In this document: positions 18,694 through 29,333 of the stretch, in pieces | How the letters are laid out: every line of letters begins with the position of its first letter | How positions within the stretch are numbered: position 1 is the first letter of the stretch | IMG/VR virus record: IMGVR_UViG_3300013233_000235 | Span: 1-64,000 of that record | Length of the DNA: 64,000 nucleotides | Strand: one strand, 5' to 3' | The notes under the pieces: generated by a model | Databases searched by the model: none | Seen by the model: only the letters and a program-made list of their open reading frames with translations | Told to the model about the DNA's origin: nothing | Program-made: the position numbers and the translations under genes

Positions 18694-21600
18694 ATGTTAA
18701 AGTTCGATGCTTTTAAAAAGAAGTGGATGGCCCGCACTGTGGCCCAAATTAAGACTCGGCCACTAGCCAAGCTGGGGGAAATCACCGCCCCCCAATATAC
18801 ACACCTACACTACTTTACGGATTCACAGACCGACTATGGTATCCGGTCATCAAACCCATTCTTAATAGGTTTTGATAAGTCTATCCGCATCCAACACACC
18901 ACCGAGTTAGTGCAGACCTTGGGTAAGCCCACCCAGGTTCGGACAAGTGTGCCAAGCATGGTCAAGGCCTTTTTAAAGTCCCGTCCTAAAAACTTCCGTA
19001 AGGTGACAGATCTTGAGAAGAACCTTAAGGATAAATCGTCAATAACGGTCACGGATTACAGCCTGATCAGCCACCTCTACAAGTATCCAGTCAACCGTCT
19101 CAGTGGTTACTACAAACACGCCAACCTCTTTGCCACGGTGTCTGAGAATATAAACCAGGTTGGTAGTCGTCGGAATCAGTTCCTTAATACACCGGTGCCC
19201 ACCAAGTTACCTGACTTTAAGCGGATGATTATCTTAGAGGAAAGTAAACCCGGCACCTACGTTAAAGAGATGTCTGATCCAGACCTCCTCAATATACTGG
19301 AGTTGTTTAAAATCATCTCGGCTGCCGCCGAGGGGATGGCTAGTGAGATAAATGTCAAAGGTTTGGAGCATCTAACCTGGGTGTTCAATGCGAACGGTGC
19401 ATGCATGCTTTTACATATGTCGGATGTGATGTTGTGGGCTATGGATAACCCCACCCTTCTGAAGCGTAACATCCACGAGCGCTTAGAGATCATGTCCTCG
19501 GATATGCGCCACAATGAGACTGACAATGATGACGAGGTTACCGATGTTGGCGACCCTTCTCTAGATACGGTCGACGATATTGCCGAGAACTCTATTGGGG
19601 CTATTGGCGTTAAGTCTAAAGCCGACGCGCTCCTGGCCAGTGGTAGATTGACAATTGCCCAGCGTGACCGACTGGTAGCAAAGGCCGATAGTTATAAAAA
19701 GATACCCGACCCACACGGTGGCACGGGCACGCTTGTGGACACTATGCATATTGAGGCTACCACCCTGGCCGTCACACCAGATGGTGGTAAAATGCCCGAT
19801 AAGCTATTTGTCGTCGATAAGTCTATGTTGTCTAGTAGTATCGATTACATGAGTAAGAACTACGTGCGTAATTTAATGAAGGCTGACATAGCCCGAGGCA
19901 TCCTACATGTACAGAAGGGCGGTGTAATCGTGAGTGACGTTAGGATCGAGCGTAAGCGCGATGCACTTAACGTCATCGACACATACGTCGTTAAGCTGGA
20001 ACCGGTGGATGGGGTGGTGAGCACCGTGCGGCTACCCATCCCCGTGGTAACCGAAAATGGGACTTTCCGTGTTAGCGGGGTTGAATACCGTATGGATCCA
20101 CAGCGTGTGGATTTACCCATCCGTAAAACTGGCCCGGAATCCGTGGCCCTGACCAGCTACATATCCAAAGTGTTCCTGCGCCGTACCCCGAGGGCTTCGG
20201 CCAACTACCGGCTATGGTTGACTAAACTGGTTATTGTAACCAGTATGGATAGAGAAGATAAACGGTTAACATCGTTAACGCCTGCCGATACAATCCTGCC
20301 TAAAGTCAAGTTACCACGCTCATACGCAGCACTGTGTCCAACCATACTCCGGTTCAAAGCCTCTGGCCGTAGTTACTTCTTTAATTACGATGCCCGTAAT
20401 GAGGAATTTGGTGCGGCACAGGTGTCGGCTGCTGAGAAAGGTGGTTACGTAGCATGTGGCACACACGGTAAAGGTCTTGTGGTCATGGATATGGATGATA
20501 ATCTTTACGATTACTCCGGTGGCAAACACGTGTTAGTGGGCCCATTCTCCCCGAACATGATGAAAGACATGCCCACCCCGCCCGTGGAATACGTCGAAGT
20601 CGGCATATTTGGAAAACACATCCCCCTTGGTCCGGCTATGGCATCTATCATCGGGTTGGAGAAGTTGCTTAAGGTTAAGAAAATCCAGCATCGGTGGTCA
20701 GATGCTGGTAAGCGCGTAGACATGACACCCAGCGAGTTCAGGATTCGTTTCCAGGACGAGTCGTTGATCGTAGATTCCCACGACTATAACGCGCGGTTAC
20801 TCATCGGGGGCTTTCTGGCTATAAAGAAGACCACTGTACTGTACCCCGCTGGTGAGTTTAACAAGAGTCCGATCTATTCATTGGCTTTCGAGAACATCAA
20901 CGTGGGCCGATACATAGGCCGTGAGTTTGAGAGTATGTATAGCTCCTGGGTGGACCACCTTACCGAGGAGACTCTCATCGAGATGGGTGAGCCAACCACG
21001 TTTGAAGGTCTTCTATACAGATCTGTGGACCTTATGTCTGATGACCAGTGGTCTGACGAGATGGATCCTACCTTTATGCGCACCAGGGGTTATGAACGCA
21101 TCGCTGGTTTTGTTATTAACCAGTTTAGTAAAGCCATGCGCGAGCAGGCTAGCAACCCTATGCGTTCGAAGGTGCCGGTATCTTTCCCACCTCGCCAGCT
21201 GTTAACCGACATTGTTGCCGATCAGTCGGTAGTGCTGGTGGAGGAGTCTAACCCAGTACATGCCCTCAAGGAAGCTGAGGCTGTAACCTTTACCGGCCAG
21301 GGTGGTCGCAGCCCCCAGACCATGGTCAAGTCTAGCCGCGTGTTTCATGACAACGATGTGGGTGTCATATCCGAGTCAACCCCTGATAGCAGTAAAGTTG
21401 GTATTCGGTCTTACCGGTCACCAAACGCCCTATATACGGGTATGCGTGGCACGACCCGTAGATTTAAACCCGAGACGGACGGTTGGGCGTCGCTGCTGTC
21501 GTCGGCCGCGTTATGTAGCCCGGGGTCTACCCACAACGATCCCAAACGTATTAACCTCTCAGATGTCCAATGGTCGGCGATGGTGTCAGCGGCCGGTGGG

Positions 21601-23025
21601 GCGCTCATGCCTGTGCGCACCGGTGGTGACATGGTTGTGGCAAATAGGGGTGGGGATGAGTTCGCTTATCCAGCCAGGGCTGATGGGGTGGTTGTCAAGG
21701 TTGTTGATGATGCTATCACTATCCTGTACGACGTCACAGTCAGATACCAGTCTGGTTATCGGGTGTTATCGGGTGATGTTATCTACGATGGTAACGCGTT
21801 GTGGAGATCTGTACACACAGCAACACCGGGTCAGGCACTTGTGTCGGAGCTATCCAAGTTACCGACACTGAAGTCTAATGAGAAAGTTACCGGTGAGGGT
21901 GTGATTATCATCGGACCTGTAAATGGCGTCAGCACATTACTGGCTGGATCGGGTGTGTTGGCTATGATGGCTAAATCTGGTGCCGAGTCATTACCGGCAT
22001 ATGCGGTGACCCCCACACAGGTTGAAGAAGCCATCGTTAAGTCCACCAGTAAACTTGCATCTAAGGGTGCCCTTTATAGTAAAGCCGATACATCCGGTCT
22101 ATCAAGATCTGTTGAGCTTGGCACTCACCACGGTAAGGCCGGTGGATCGGTTATACCCCAGACCATGATCACTGATCATAAGAAGGGGGATCGATTTAAA
22201 CTCGGCGACATACTGGTGTGGAATGTTAACTACTTCTCACGTGACTACCTCAACCCCGGCGGTGTTAGCCTCAGAATGGGGGTCCCCGCCAGAGTGGTGT
22301 TCATAGAGTTAACAGATACCTTTGAGGATAGCTCATCCATATCCCCCGGGTTGTCTAAGGATTTGAGCACACCTGTTAGTAAAGAACGCACTATCCTTTT
22401 GCGGTTTGATCAGGTTATTGATAACTTGGTTGCGATTGGGGATGAGGTCACCAGCTCCAGTATTTTATGCACCATTGAGGATGCCGTCACAGGTGACGTG
22501 GCTGGTGATACCCACCGGCTGACCGATCTAACCAAGCTGGCTGCTAGCATACCTAAAGCCAAGGCTGGGGGGACTGTTAGTGCGATGAGTGTGGTTTATA
22601 TGGGTGATACCAAGGATATGCACCCGTCTTTACAAAGACTGGTTAGAGCCGATAATAAAACACGTAAACGCAAGAAGGAAATACGTGGTGACGCGGACTA
22701 CCCTACAAGCGGCGAGATAAAAGAGTATAGCTTCGTCGGCGGCCAAAAGGTGACATCTGACACGTTGGCACTGACCATGTATATCGACACAGTTCTCCCA
22801 TCAGGTGTGGGGGATAAAAACTCTTTCGATACGGCTCTAAAATCCATCCCTGCCAGCGTTATGGCTGGGATACACAAAACCGAGGAGGATGGTATCCCAA
22901 TCGATGCTTACTTCAGCTATCGGTCGGCTAGTGCGCGGATTGTGTGTTCACCTGAGATAGATGGCTCCACCAATACAACGCTGATCCAACTGGGTCAGGT
23001 TCTACCAGATATGTACTTCAAATAG
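18694..23025 (+). CDS. virion RNA polymerase beta-like subunit (phiKZ gp178-like)
   Basis: 1443 aa with G.F.vsGVEY, SESTPDSSKVGI, HNDPKR, FEDS and GDK beta motifs; synteny. Confidence 0.9.
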   Translation: MLKFDAFKKKWMARTVAQIKTRPLAKLGEITAPQYTHLHYFTDSQTDYGIRSSNPFLIGFDKSIRIQHTTELVQTLGKPTQVRTSVPSMVKAFLKSRPKNFRKVTDLEKNLKDKSSITVTDYSLISHLYKYPVNRLSGYYKHANLFATVSENINQVGSRRNQFLNTPVPTKLPDFKRMIILEESKPGTYVKEMSDPDLLNILELFKIISAAAEGMASEINVKGLEHLTWVFNANGACMLLHMSDVMLWAMDNPTLLKRNIHERLEIMSSDMRHNETDNDDEVTDVGDPSLDTVDDIAENSIGAIGVKSKADALLASGRLTIAQRDRLVAKADSYKKIPDPHGGTGTLVDTMHIEATTLAVTPDGGKMPDKLFVVDKSMLSSSIDYMSKNYVRNLMKADIARGILHVQKGGVIVSDVRIERKRDALNVIDTYVVKLEPVDGVVSTVRLPIPVVTENGTFRVSGVEYRMDPQRVDLPIRKTGPESVALTSYISKVFLRRTPRASANYRLWLTKLVIVTSMDREDKRLTSLTPADTILPKVKLPRSYAALCPTILRFKASGRSYFFNYDARNEEFGAAQVSAAEKGGYVACGTHGKGLVVMDMDDNLYDYSGGKHVLVGPFSPNMMKDMPTPPVEYVEVGIFGKHIPLGPAMASIIGLEKLLKVKKIQHRWSDAGKRVDMTPSEFRIRFQDESLIVDSHDYNARLLIGGFLAIKKTTVLYPAGEFNKSPIYSLAFENINVGRYIGREFESMYSSWVDHLTEETLIEMGEPTTFEGLLYRSVDLMSDDQWSDEMDPTFMRTRGYERIAGFVINQFSKAMREQASNPMRSKVPVSFPPRQLLTDIVADQSVVLVEESNPVHALKEAEAVTFTGQGGRSPQTMVKSSRVFHDNDVGVISESTPDSSKVGIRSYRSPNALYTGMRGTTRRFKPETDGWASLLSSAALCSPGSTHNDPKRINLSDVQWSAMVSAAGGALMPVRTGGDMVVANRGGDEFAYPARADGVVVKVVDDAITILYDVTVRYQSGYRVLSGDVIYDGNALWRSVHTATPGQALVSELSKLPTLKSNEKVTGEGVIIIGPVNGVSTLLAGSGVLAMMAKSGAESLPAYAVTPTQVEEAIVKSTSKLASKGALYSKADTSGLSRSVELGTHHGKAGGSVIPQTMITDHKKGDRFKLGDILVWNVNYFSRDYLNPGGVSLRMGVPARVVFIELTDTFEDSSSISPGLSKDLSTPVSKERTILLRFDQVIDNLVAIGDEVTSSSILCTIEDAVTGDVAGDTHRLTDLTKLAASIPKAKAGGTVSAMSVVYMGDTKDMHPSLQRLVRADNKTRKRKKEIRGDADYPTSGEIKEYSFVGGQKVTSDTLALTMYIDTVLPSGVGDKNSFDTALKSIPASVMAGIHKTEEDGIPIDAYFSYRSASARIVCSPEIDGSTNTTLIQLGQVLPDMYFK

Positions 23026-23034
23026 GGCGGTTAT

Positions 23035-23223
23035 ATGAAAACACTGATTAATAATATCGCAGTGATGGCTAATGTTGTCGCCATCACGTCGGGGGTTATG
23101 CGCAGATTGTCTAACGGTGACACCGAGGTGGCGGATGACGTTATCGAGGAATTGGCGGCTATTGAGATCGATAACGCGCTACGTGCTAAAAGCACAGTGG
23201 CTATAAAAAGGGGCTGGTCATGA
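23035..23223 (+). CDS. small hypothetical protein
   Basis: 62 aa, tightly coupled within the vRNAP operon. Confidence 0.6.
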   Translation: MKTLINNIAVMANVVAITSGVMRRLSNGDTEVADDVIEELAAIEIDNALRAKSTVAIKRGWS

Positions 23224-24647
23224 TTAGCAAATCTGAAGCACAGCGGGGATACCACATCGTTGGATCGGCCGATATGCAATATGGGGGTGGGGTTGTGGCC
23301 GCCGCAGATGGTACCATGCTATCGGCTGTTGTTAACTCTCACCAAGTGTTGGCCTCCGCTGAGGACGATGTTACTGAAACCACCGAGGATTACGATAGCA
23401 CCGTCGCTGCTGTACGCAACCGCTATAACAGAAACTCGCCAAAGACGCCCTTCCACCACACAAAGGAAAAGGAAGCTCTTGAGAAATTCATAGCTGACCG
23501 CATTGGTGCATCAACATCGTTCGCCAAAAACGTAGTGATGCCCATCGTGAATGAAATCTTGGAGGACGCCCAAGAAGAATTTACCAAGGATCCCATCACA
23601 CGCATCGTCAGCACAGATGGCCCTGATATCATCAACGATTCCGATCTTGATGAGTTCTTGGCATCGCTATCAAGCGGTGAACCTAAATCTGACACAGCCC
23701 TGAGTAAGACGTCACCAATGGTGCTATCAAAGCTGCCGGCTTCCGTTGACGATATTACCGACTTTGGTATCCCGTGTCTGAATAATCTCGCCAAGGTTGT
23801 TAAGGATACCTCTGTACTCATGTGGTCTGATATGTCCACTTACCGGGCTATGGTGGCGCTGGCTAGTGATTTGCTTCTTACCCATGCCGTCCGCGAGAAT
23901 CTCATCCCCGAGTTCGATCTCGGTTCTGAGAGCCCGCTGGTTGTCACGGCTATTATTGAGCATCGTGCCGATTTGGCCGCTAGCCTAATCGTATCTCTGG
24001 ATAAATTGCGTAAGTTGTTCTCAGACACCAACCTGGTTGTTACATCCACTTATGGGTCGGCTGGACGGCTAATCATCGTTGTCGGTCGCAGCTATCGCAA
24101 GTTCCTACGGAATGGTGGCACCCCTGAGGCAATTCTTGAATGTAACATGACGCTGGATAATGCGGGCCAAAATAACCCGGATAATCTGCGGGCCAACTGT
24201 AACCGGATGTATCAAGGCAATGTTGATCCAGCACATACCAAGCTTGCAACCGAACGGTATAACTCATACCTGCGCTTAAAGGCTGGGGCTGCCAGAGTAA
24301 ACACCTCTCGTGACATCGCCACTTATACTCTACTCGTGCTTGGCGCATATGTGCGTGAAACATACCCAGCGGACTCCGATGATCGCGCGCGTTTATTTAA
24401 TCGCATGAACGACTACAGCGATGCAAACCCAATGGTGCCCGGTTCACCAGCAGACCTATATGTGACAAGATTCGTCTGTCACGTATTAACGGATGGGGTC
24501 AACAACTCTCTGGATATCATTCTTGGTATGCGTAAACTCATGGCGGACGATGGTGAGCTCAAGCCCGCTGAGGCCGCCATGATTATCTCTGCCCGCCTAT
24601 GTGTTGACTGGCTACTTAGCCAGGTGGTCGTCGGCAAGGTGTCCTGA
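23220..24647 (+). CDS. putative head/ejection protein (phiKZ gp177-like)
   Basis: 475 aa; position between vRNAP beta and the beta' C-terminal piece. Confidence 0.55.
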   Translation: MISKSEAQRGYHIVGSADMQYGGGVVAAADGTMLSAVVNSHQVLASAEDDVTETTEDYDSTVAAVRNRYNRNSPKTPFHHTKEKEALEKFIADRIGASTSFAKNVVMPIVNEILEDAQEEFTKDPITRIVSTDGPDIINDSDLDEFLASLSSGEPKSDTALSKTSPMVLSKLPASVDDITDFGIPCLNNLAKVVKDTSVLMWSDMSTYRAMVALASDLLLTHAVRENLIPEFDLGSESPLVVTAIIEHRADLAASLIVSLDKLRKLFSDTNLVVTSTYGSAGRLIIVVGRSYRKFLRNGGTPEAILECNMTLDNAGQNNPDNLRANCNRMYQGNVDPAHTKLATERYNSYLRLKAGAARVNTSRDIATYTLLVLGAYVRETYPADSDDRARLFNRMNDYSDANPMVPGSPADLYVTRFVCHVLTDGVNNSLDIILGMRKLMADDGELKPAEAAMIISARLCVDWLLSQVVVGKVS

Positions 24648-25363
24648 TGGAGGTCTCAAGTCTTAAGAGGGATTCTAAAGCGGTGCTAGGTGCCATGAGC
24701 AAGGTTGGTAATAACCTGGTGGCTAACAAAGATCTACTGGTGCACATACCTAAGGGTTGGGCTGGCACATCTCTGGCCAGCGTTGAGACATTGGTAAAGA
24801 CTGTCGCGGTCTATGGTATAATCGTCGGTGATAAATACGCCACATCTGTGGCTTGTTGCCACGTCATGATGGCACCCAGCTCTATCACAACTGTTACTGT
24901 CAATGACACACCCTATCTGGAGATGATGTTCAGTAAAGGGGACACTGTTGTACTAGGTCTGGATGTGCTTGTATCCCCATCGGTTATTTTCCCTATCACC
25001 AACGAGATTGTCGATAAGGGTAAGACCCCATGGTTCTTCAGTAAAGAAGATCAGTGCAGGCTTTTGGATACGACTGACTACCATGCGGATAGCTCTTTTC
25101 CAGACAGGGCTGTTATTGAGATGATGGCCGCTTCAAGGTTACGTCTGAAAAAGAATCGGGCTTCTTACTTTAAGGAGCACTTTAAGTCCCAGGCTGAGTT
25201 CGATGCTGCTACCCCCGATGTGATCGCTGGTAACTCGATTGCATATGGTGCCACCAATACGACGGCTAAGCTGCTAGGGTCGCACATGCCCGAAGGCATG
25301 AGTTCTGCGCTAGTGAATCCCTCTGAGAGATTAGAGGCTGTCGAGGAACTTTTACTCAATTAA
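24647..25363 (+). CDS. virion RNA polymerase beta' C-terminal subunit (gp176 / SPN3US gp244-like)
   Basis: C-terminal GATNTTAKLLGS...SALVNPSERLEAVEELL resembles the beta' C-terminus; sits just before the protease. Confidence 0.65.
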   Translation: MEVSSLKRDSKAVLGAMSKVGNNLVANKDLLVHIPKGWAGTSLASVETLVKTVAVYGIIVGDKYATSVACCHVMMAPSSITTVTVNDTPYLEMMFSKGDTVVLGLDVLVSPSVIFPITNEIVDKGKTPWFFSKEDQCRLLDTTDYHADSSFPDRAVIEMMAASRLRLKKNRASYFKEHFKSQAEFDAATPDVIAGNSIAYGATNTTAKLLGSHMPEGMSSALVNPSERLEAVEELLLN

Positions 25364-25376
25364 GGAGAGAACGGAA

Positions 25377-26183
25377 GTGGCTGAAGAGATCGTTGTATAC
25401 TCGTGCGACATGTACATGGACCCGGCGTCTAAGGCTGCATTTAAGCCTGATTCAGATGGGTATTACAAGATGTGTGTAGGTGGGTTTGACGTACCCTGCT
25501 ATAGTGGGTCGGTGTATTTATACGACAATGCTGTAAAGGGTTTCTTTGATTCCAGCAGCTCATTCCAAAGGCGCATCAAGTCTGGCAAATTGCGTGGTGA
25601 GCTTAATCATCCCACTATTACACCAGGGATGAGTGATGCACAATGGTTGCAAAGAGTTGCCACAGTGGAGCCGAGTCGTTACGCCACCAGGTTCTCTAAG
25701 ATGTGGCTTGAGCACAGCAAAGATGACAAGGGTGACGATCTGGTACTGGCTTGGGCGCGCCTTAAACCTTTCGGTACGTATGGTGACACTGTTAAAGAAT
25801 CATTGCATGACCCCGAAGATAACACCGGCTATAGTGTTAGAAGCATTACCAGTATCCCGGTGCTGATTGGTGGTAGACCCACTCGTAAGGTTAGATCTAT
25901 GGTGACGTACGACTATGTGGACGAGCAAGATGTCTACATGGCCGATAAGTTCTCTAGTGCGGGTGGTGGTAAGGATGAGCCCGGCATGCAGAGCGCTGAT
26001 GCCACATTGTCACCGATGATGACTGAGCAAGTCATTCACCGTGGTGCTTTAACCGACATGTCGGCTAATAACGCGGTAGGCTTAATGAGTAGCGATGCTG
26101 CGGTATCGCGGGTCTTAACTGATCTTGGTTGGCAGACGATTGTGCGACGGGAGGCAAACGAGTTACGCCACCTTAAGTGGTAA
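25377..26183 (+). CDS. prohead (head maturation) serine protease (phiKZ gp175-like)
   Basis: LRGELNHP (His), YSVRS (Ser) and TYDYV motifs; size and synteny. Confidence 0.85.
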   Translation: MAEEIVVYSCDMYMDPASKAAFKPDSDGYYKMCVGGFDVPCYSGSVYLYDNAVKGFFDSSSSFQRRIKSGKLRGELNHPTITPGMSDAQWLQRVATVEPSRYATRFSKMWLEHSKDDKGDDLVLAWARLKPFGTYGDTVKESLHDPEDNTGYSVRSITSIPVLIGGRPTRKVRSMVTYDYVDEQDVYMADKFSSAGGGKDEPGMQSADATLSPMMTEQVIHRGALTDMSANNAVGLMSSDAAVSRVLTDLGWQTIVRREANELRHLKW

Positions 26184-26190
26184 ATACCGG

Positions 26191-26215
26191 CAGACCCTGC
26201 GGGGTCTGTTTTTTT
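26191..26215 (+). terminator. intrinsic terminator
   Basis: CAGACCC-TGCG-GGGTCTG followed by T7. Confidence 0.8.
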
Positions 26216-26260
26216 AACGTAATCCGCATTCTGTAGGCAACCCAATGGAATAGCACACAC

Positions 26261-28765
26261 ATGTTCTTAAAGAAATTAGAGCTTCACAACAATACCCAAT
26301 TTGCATTAAACGATGTGGTGACACTAAAGTGGTCACTAATGGAGCCATTGCAGATCATCGTTGGTAAAAACGGAGCTGGTAAAAGCACACTCCTGTCTGA
26401 GTCTAACACCTTACCAGCAAATCCCAGTCGGTATGGGCCCGGTGGTTATAAAAAGGTGTGGTTTGTATACGGCGGCAAAGACTATTACGCTAGCTCCGTT
26501 AAGGGTGAGGGTAGCGGTATGAAACACAGCCTCGTGGAAGTTGACCCAGATGGTGGTTTCGATGACACCTGTGGGCTAGAATTAAACGAGGGTGGGACCA
26601 GCACTGTTCAGAAAGATCTTATCATGGATATGTTCGGGTACTCTGATAAACTCCACAAAATTATGACGGGTGGGGTCTCATTTGTATCGGCTGGGCGGGG
26701 GGTTCGTAAGGATATGTTGATGGCGGCTAGTACCATGGATATGAGCTATGCCAACGAGGTGCATGTTAATTTGAAGACATCTTTACGTAACACGGTGGGG
26801 GCTATAGACCACATCGAAAAGAAACTTGCGGATGAGCTTGGTAACCTCGCACTCATAGGTGACATAACTGAGCACCTTAAAGACGCCGATGCGATAGAGG
26901 TGCAGCTGTCAGAATTGCGACCATTCACCATCAACAAGGATGCGGAGTTGGTATCCAAGGAACTGGATTATGAAAGGTCACTAGCAGAGGTGTCTAGTAC
27001 AATCCTGCGGTTAAAGCGGGTAAAGTTAGAATACAAATCTTGCGGCATGGATAGTCTTGAACAGGCTGTTGCCGCCAGAGATGCCGAGAAGGCTAAATCG
27101 TTGTATCTTAAGGAAAGCATAACAGGGTTACTCGACCGTGCATCAAAGCTGGCTGACTCTGATAATGCCGCCGCCTCTAGTAACGTCACGGATACAGAGC
27201 TGGAGGATAACTGTGTCAGCACACGCATAGAGCTTGATAGGTTACACCCACCATCCGCAAACATGGTGGATTATACGGACCCACTACCCACCGCCCATAA
27301 TGCCATTGAGCGGGCCCTAGCTGATTTCAAGCTGATTGAGATCGAGCACCCTATGACCGACCTTGAGATATGTACGCCAGCCGAACGCACTGATCAGGTT
27401 GATTTATTAGAGTCCAGTCGTGCGAATCTGGCCAAGGTGGATAACCTGATATTTAGGGTGGAGCGTGAGCTGGATAGAATCGAATCCCTTAGGAAGGGGG
27501 CCCCCACGTGTGACAACTGTGGCACTCTGGTGGTGGGCGATGTAACGGCCACCGAGGGTCGGATAACCAAGGGGGAGAGTAAGCGTAAGGGGTTATACCT
27601 AGATAAAGATGCCCTGGTTGCCAAGATTGATAAGGCTGTTGAACGGCTAGCCTATATGGACGTCTTCGTTAAGAAGTATCGGGAGTGCGTAAAGGCTATA
27701 AAGGCGTGCCCTTCATTGACACCATTATGGTCGACGTTGGATGAGGACCTACCTAGGTGGGCTGCTATATCCACATCAGGCATGGTGTCGCGGTTAATAG
27801 CCGAGTATGATGACGTGGGTAGGGCGATGGCTATTAAGGCTGCCACAGACAGCCATGATGCCGCCAGAGAGGCATTGGCCATACGTAAACAGTCTTTAGA
27901 TGAGATCTATGCTAGAGACAAGCTTGCCGTGTCTGAGGAGCTGGCTAGTAAGTATGCTGATCTGGACTTAACAACCCTGCGTATAAAGGACCTTAGTTCT
28001 GCAATATCTTCATACAAGACTCTGGTCAAGATGCGAGCAGCCTTAGATGAATGTAAGGAAGATTCTGTTAACAAGCGTGATATCGTAACAGAAGCATTGG
28101 TGCAGCAGACCGCTAAGGAGGAGGTTAATAGATTGCAACTGGTATTGGGTAAGATAACCCACACATTCGATAGACGGCGGATTGTGTTAACCGCTGTGGA
28201 TGATTTGAAGGCTGACTTAGCTAAACTTATCCGTAAAAAAGAGCAACTATCCAACCTCTGTGATTCCCTACTGGGTGTTATAAACACGCAGATGAATACC
28301 TTCATCGAGGCCTTTCTTGAAACTGTAAATGGCATCATAGCCAGTGTATGGGAGTACGACATGGTCGTCATGCCTAGTAGCGCAGACGATGACGGATTGG
28401 ATTATCGCTTCCCCGTGATGGTCAAGTCCACGCTGGTGCCTGAAATCTCTAAAGCCTCTGCTGGTCAGAAAGTGATGATTGACTTCGCTATCAATCTCAC
28501 CCTGATTAAATACCTCGGCCTTGAGTCCTATCCTATATATTTAGACGAGCCTGGTAAGGGGTTTGATGAAATCCATACACCCAGGTTTCTGGGATACCTA
28601 CGTAGTCTCATAGAAGCGAAGGAGTGTGAGCAGATGCTCATGGTTAGCCACTTCAGTGCTGACTATAGCGGTATGCCGCACTCAGAGGTTGTCTCACTTA
28701 GTCCAGAGATACAGGTACCCGGTAATAAGTATAACGACCACATGTCCATAACAAAAAGGTTTTAG
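26261..28765 (+). CDS. sbcC: SbcC/Rad50-like ABC ATPase
   Basis: Walker A GKNGAGKST, coiled coils, Zn hook CDNC, signature ASAGQK, Walker B YLDEPG, H-loop VSH. Confidence 0.9.
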   Translation: MFLKKLELHNNTQFALNDVVTLKWSLMEPLQIIVGKNGAGKSTLLSESNTLPANPSRYGPGGYKKVWFVYGGKDYYASSVKGEGSGMKHSLVEVDPDGGFDDTCGLELNEGGTSTVQKDLIMDMFGYSDKLHKIMTGGVSFVSAGRGVRKDMLMAASTMDMSYANEVHVNLKTSLRNTVGAIDHIEKKLADELGNLALIGDITEHLKDADAIEVQLSELRPFTINKDAELVSKELDYERSLAEVSSTILRLKRVKLEYKSCGMDSLEQAVAARDAEKAKSLYLKESITGLLDRASKLADSDNAAASSNVTDTELEDNCVSTRIELDRLHPPSANMVDYTDPLPTAHNAIERALADFKLIEIEHPMTDLEICTPAERTDQVDLLESSRANLAKVDNLIFRVERELDRIESLRKGAPTCDNCGTLVVGDVTATEGRITKGESKRKGLYLDKDALVAKIDKAVERLAYMDVFVKKYRECVKAIKACPSLTPLWSTLDEDLPRWAAISTSGMVSRLIAEYDDVGRAMAIKAATDSHDAAREALAIRKQSLDEIYARDKLAVSEELASKYADLDLTTLRIKDLSSAISSYKTLVKMRAALDECKEDSVNKRDIVTEALVQQTAKEEVNRLQLVLGKITHTFDRRRIVLTAVDDLKADLAKLIRKKEQLSNLCDSLLGVINTQMNTFIEAFLETVNGIIASVWEYDMVVMPSSADDDGLDYRFPVMVKSTLVPEISKASAGQKVMIDFAINLTLIKYLGLESYPIYLDEPGKGFDEIHTPRFLGYLRSLIEAKECEQMLMVSHFSADYSGMPHSEVVSLSPEIQVPGNKYNDHMSITKRF

Positions 28766-28767
28766 TA

Positions 28768-29208
28768 ATGATTCCCGATATTTACATATTGGCGCTTTGC
28801 CAGATATCAGCTATGGCCGGCTGGGTGCGTGCCAGACTAGCCACATCCGAGAAGATCCAGATCGTTAGATATAAGGCGGCCATACTGGCGGTTGGGTACA
28901 CCACGGTGGTTAGCGCTATCGTGGGATACCTGCCTGGTTTCAACCACCCCATCATAGTGTTAACGTTAATGCACCATCTATACGTATCCCCCAGATGGCT
29001 GGCTGTACGTGAGGATTCAGTGAAGAGCGTGATGGTTAGCAATGCTAGCACTATATTCCTAATACTGTTAACGCTGGTGTTTAGCGACTTATCATTCAAC
29101 GAGGCCCTGCCGGGGCTGGGCTTCTGTCTAGCGCTACTGTGGGGCGTAAGCTCATTTGGCGGTGTGATGGGTGGGCTAGAGTGGTGTAAGGGGTTTATAT
29201 CACGGTGA
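28768..29208 (+). CDS. multi-pass membrane protein
   Basis: 146 aa with 4-5 hydrophobic segments. Confidence 0.6.
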   Translation: MIPDIYILALCQISAMAGWVRARLATSEKIQIVRYKAAILAVGYTTVVSAIVGYLPGFNHPIIVLTLMHHLYVSPRWLAVREDSVKSVMVSNASTIFLILLTLVFSDLSFNEALPGLGFCLALLWGVSSFGGVMGGLEWCKGFISR

Positions 29209-29217
29209 ACCCCTCCC

Positions 29218-29333
29218 ATAAAGTCAGCCCCTTCGGGGGCTTTCTTTTTTTATTTGTTTCACTCATATGTCAGAACTATATAACTTGTATGAAGAGGCAC
29301 ATTGATCTCTTATGTTGAAAGGATTTAGTTATG
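29218..29333 (+). repeat. terminator-promoter-hairpin-RBS cassette, full copy 1
   Basis: AGCCCCTTCGGGGGCTTTCTTTTTTTATTTGTTTC...AGAACTATATAACTTGTATGAAGAGGCACATTGATCTCTT...TTTAGTTATG. Confidence 0.85.

Noticed and set aside
17048-23025. Introns or inteins in the vRNAP genes (also checked terL and nrdB)
   Set aside because: The ORFs are continuous, of expected size, with no intein splice motifs or homing endonuclease ORFs.
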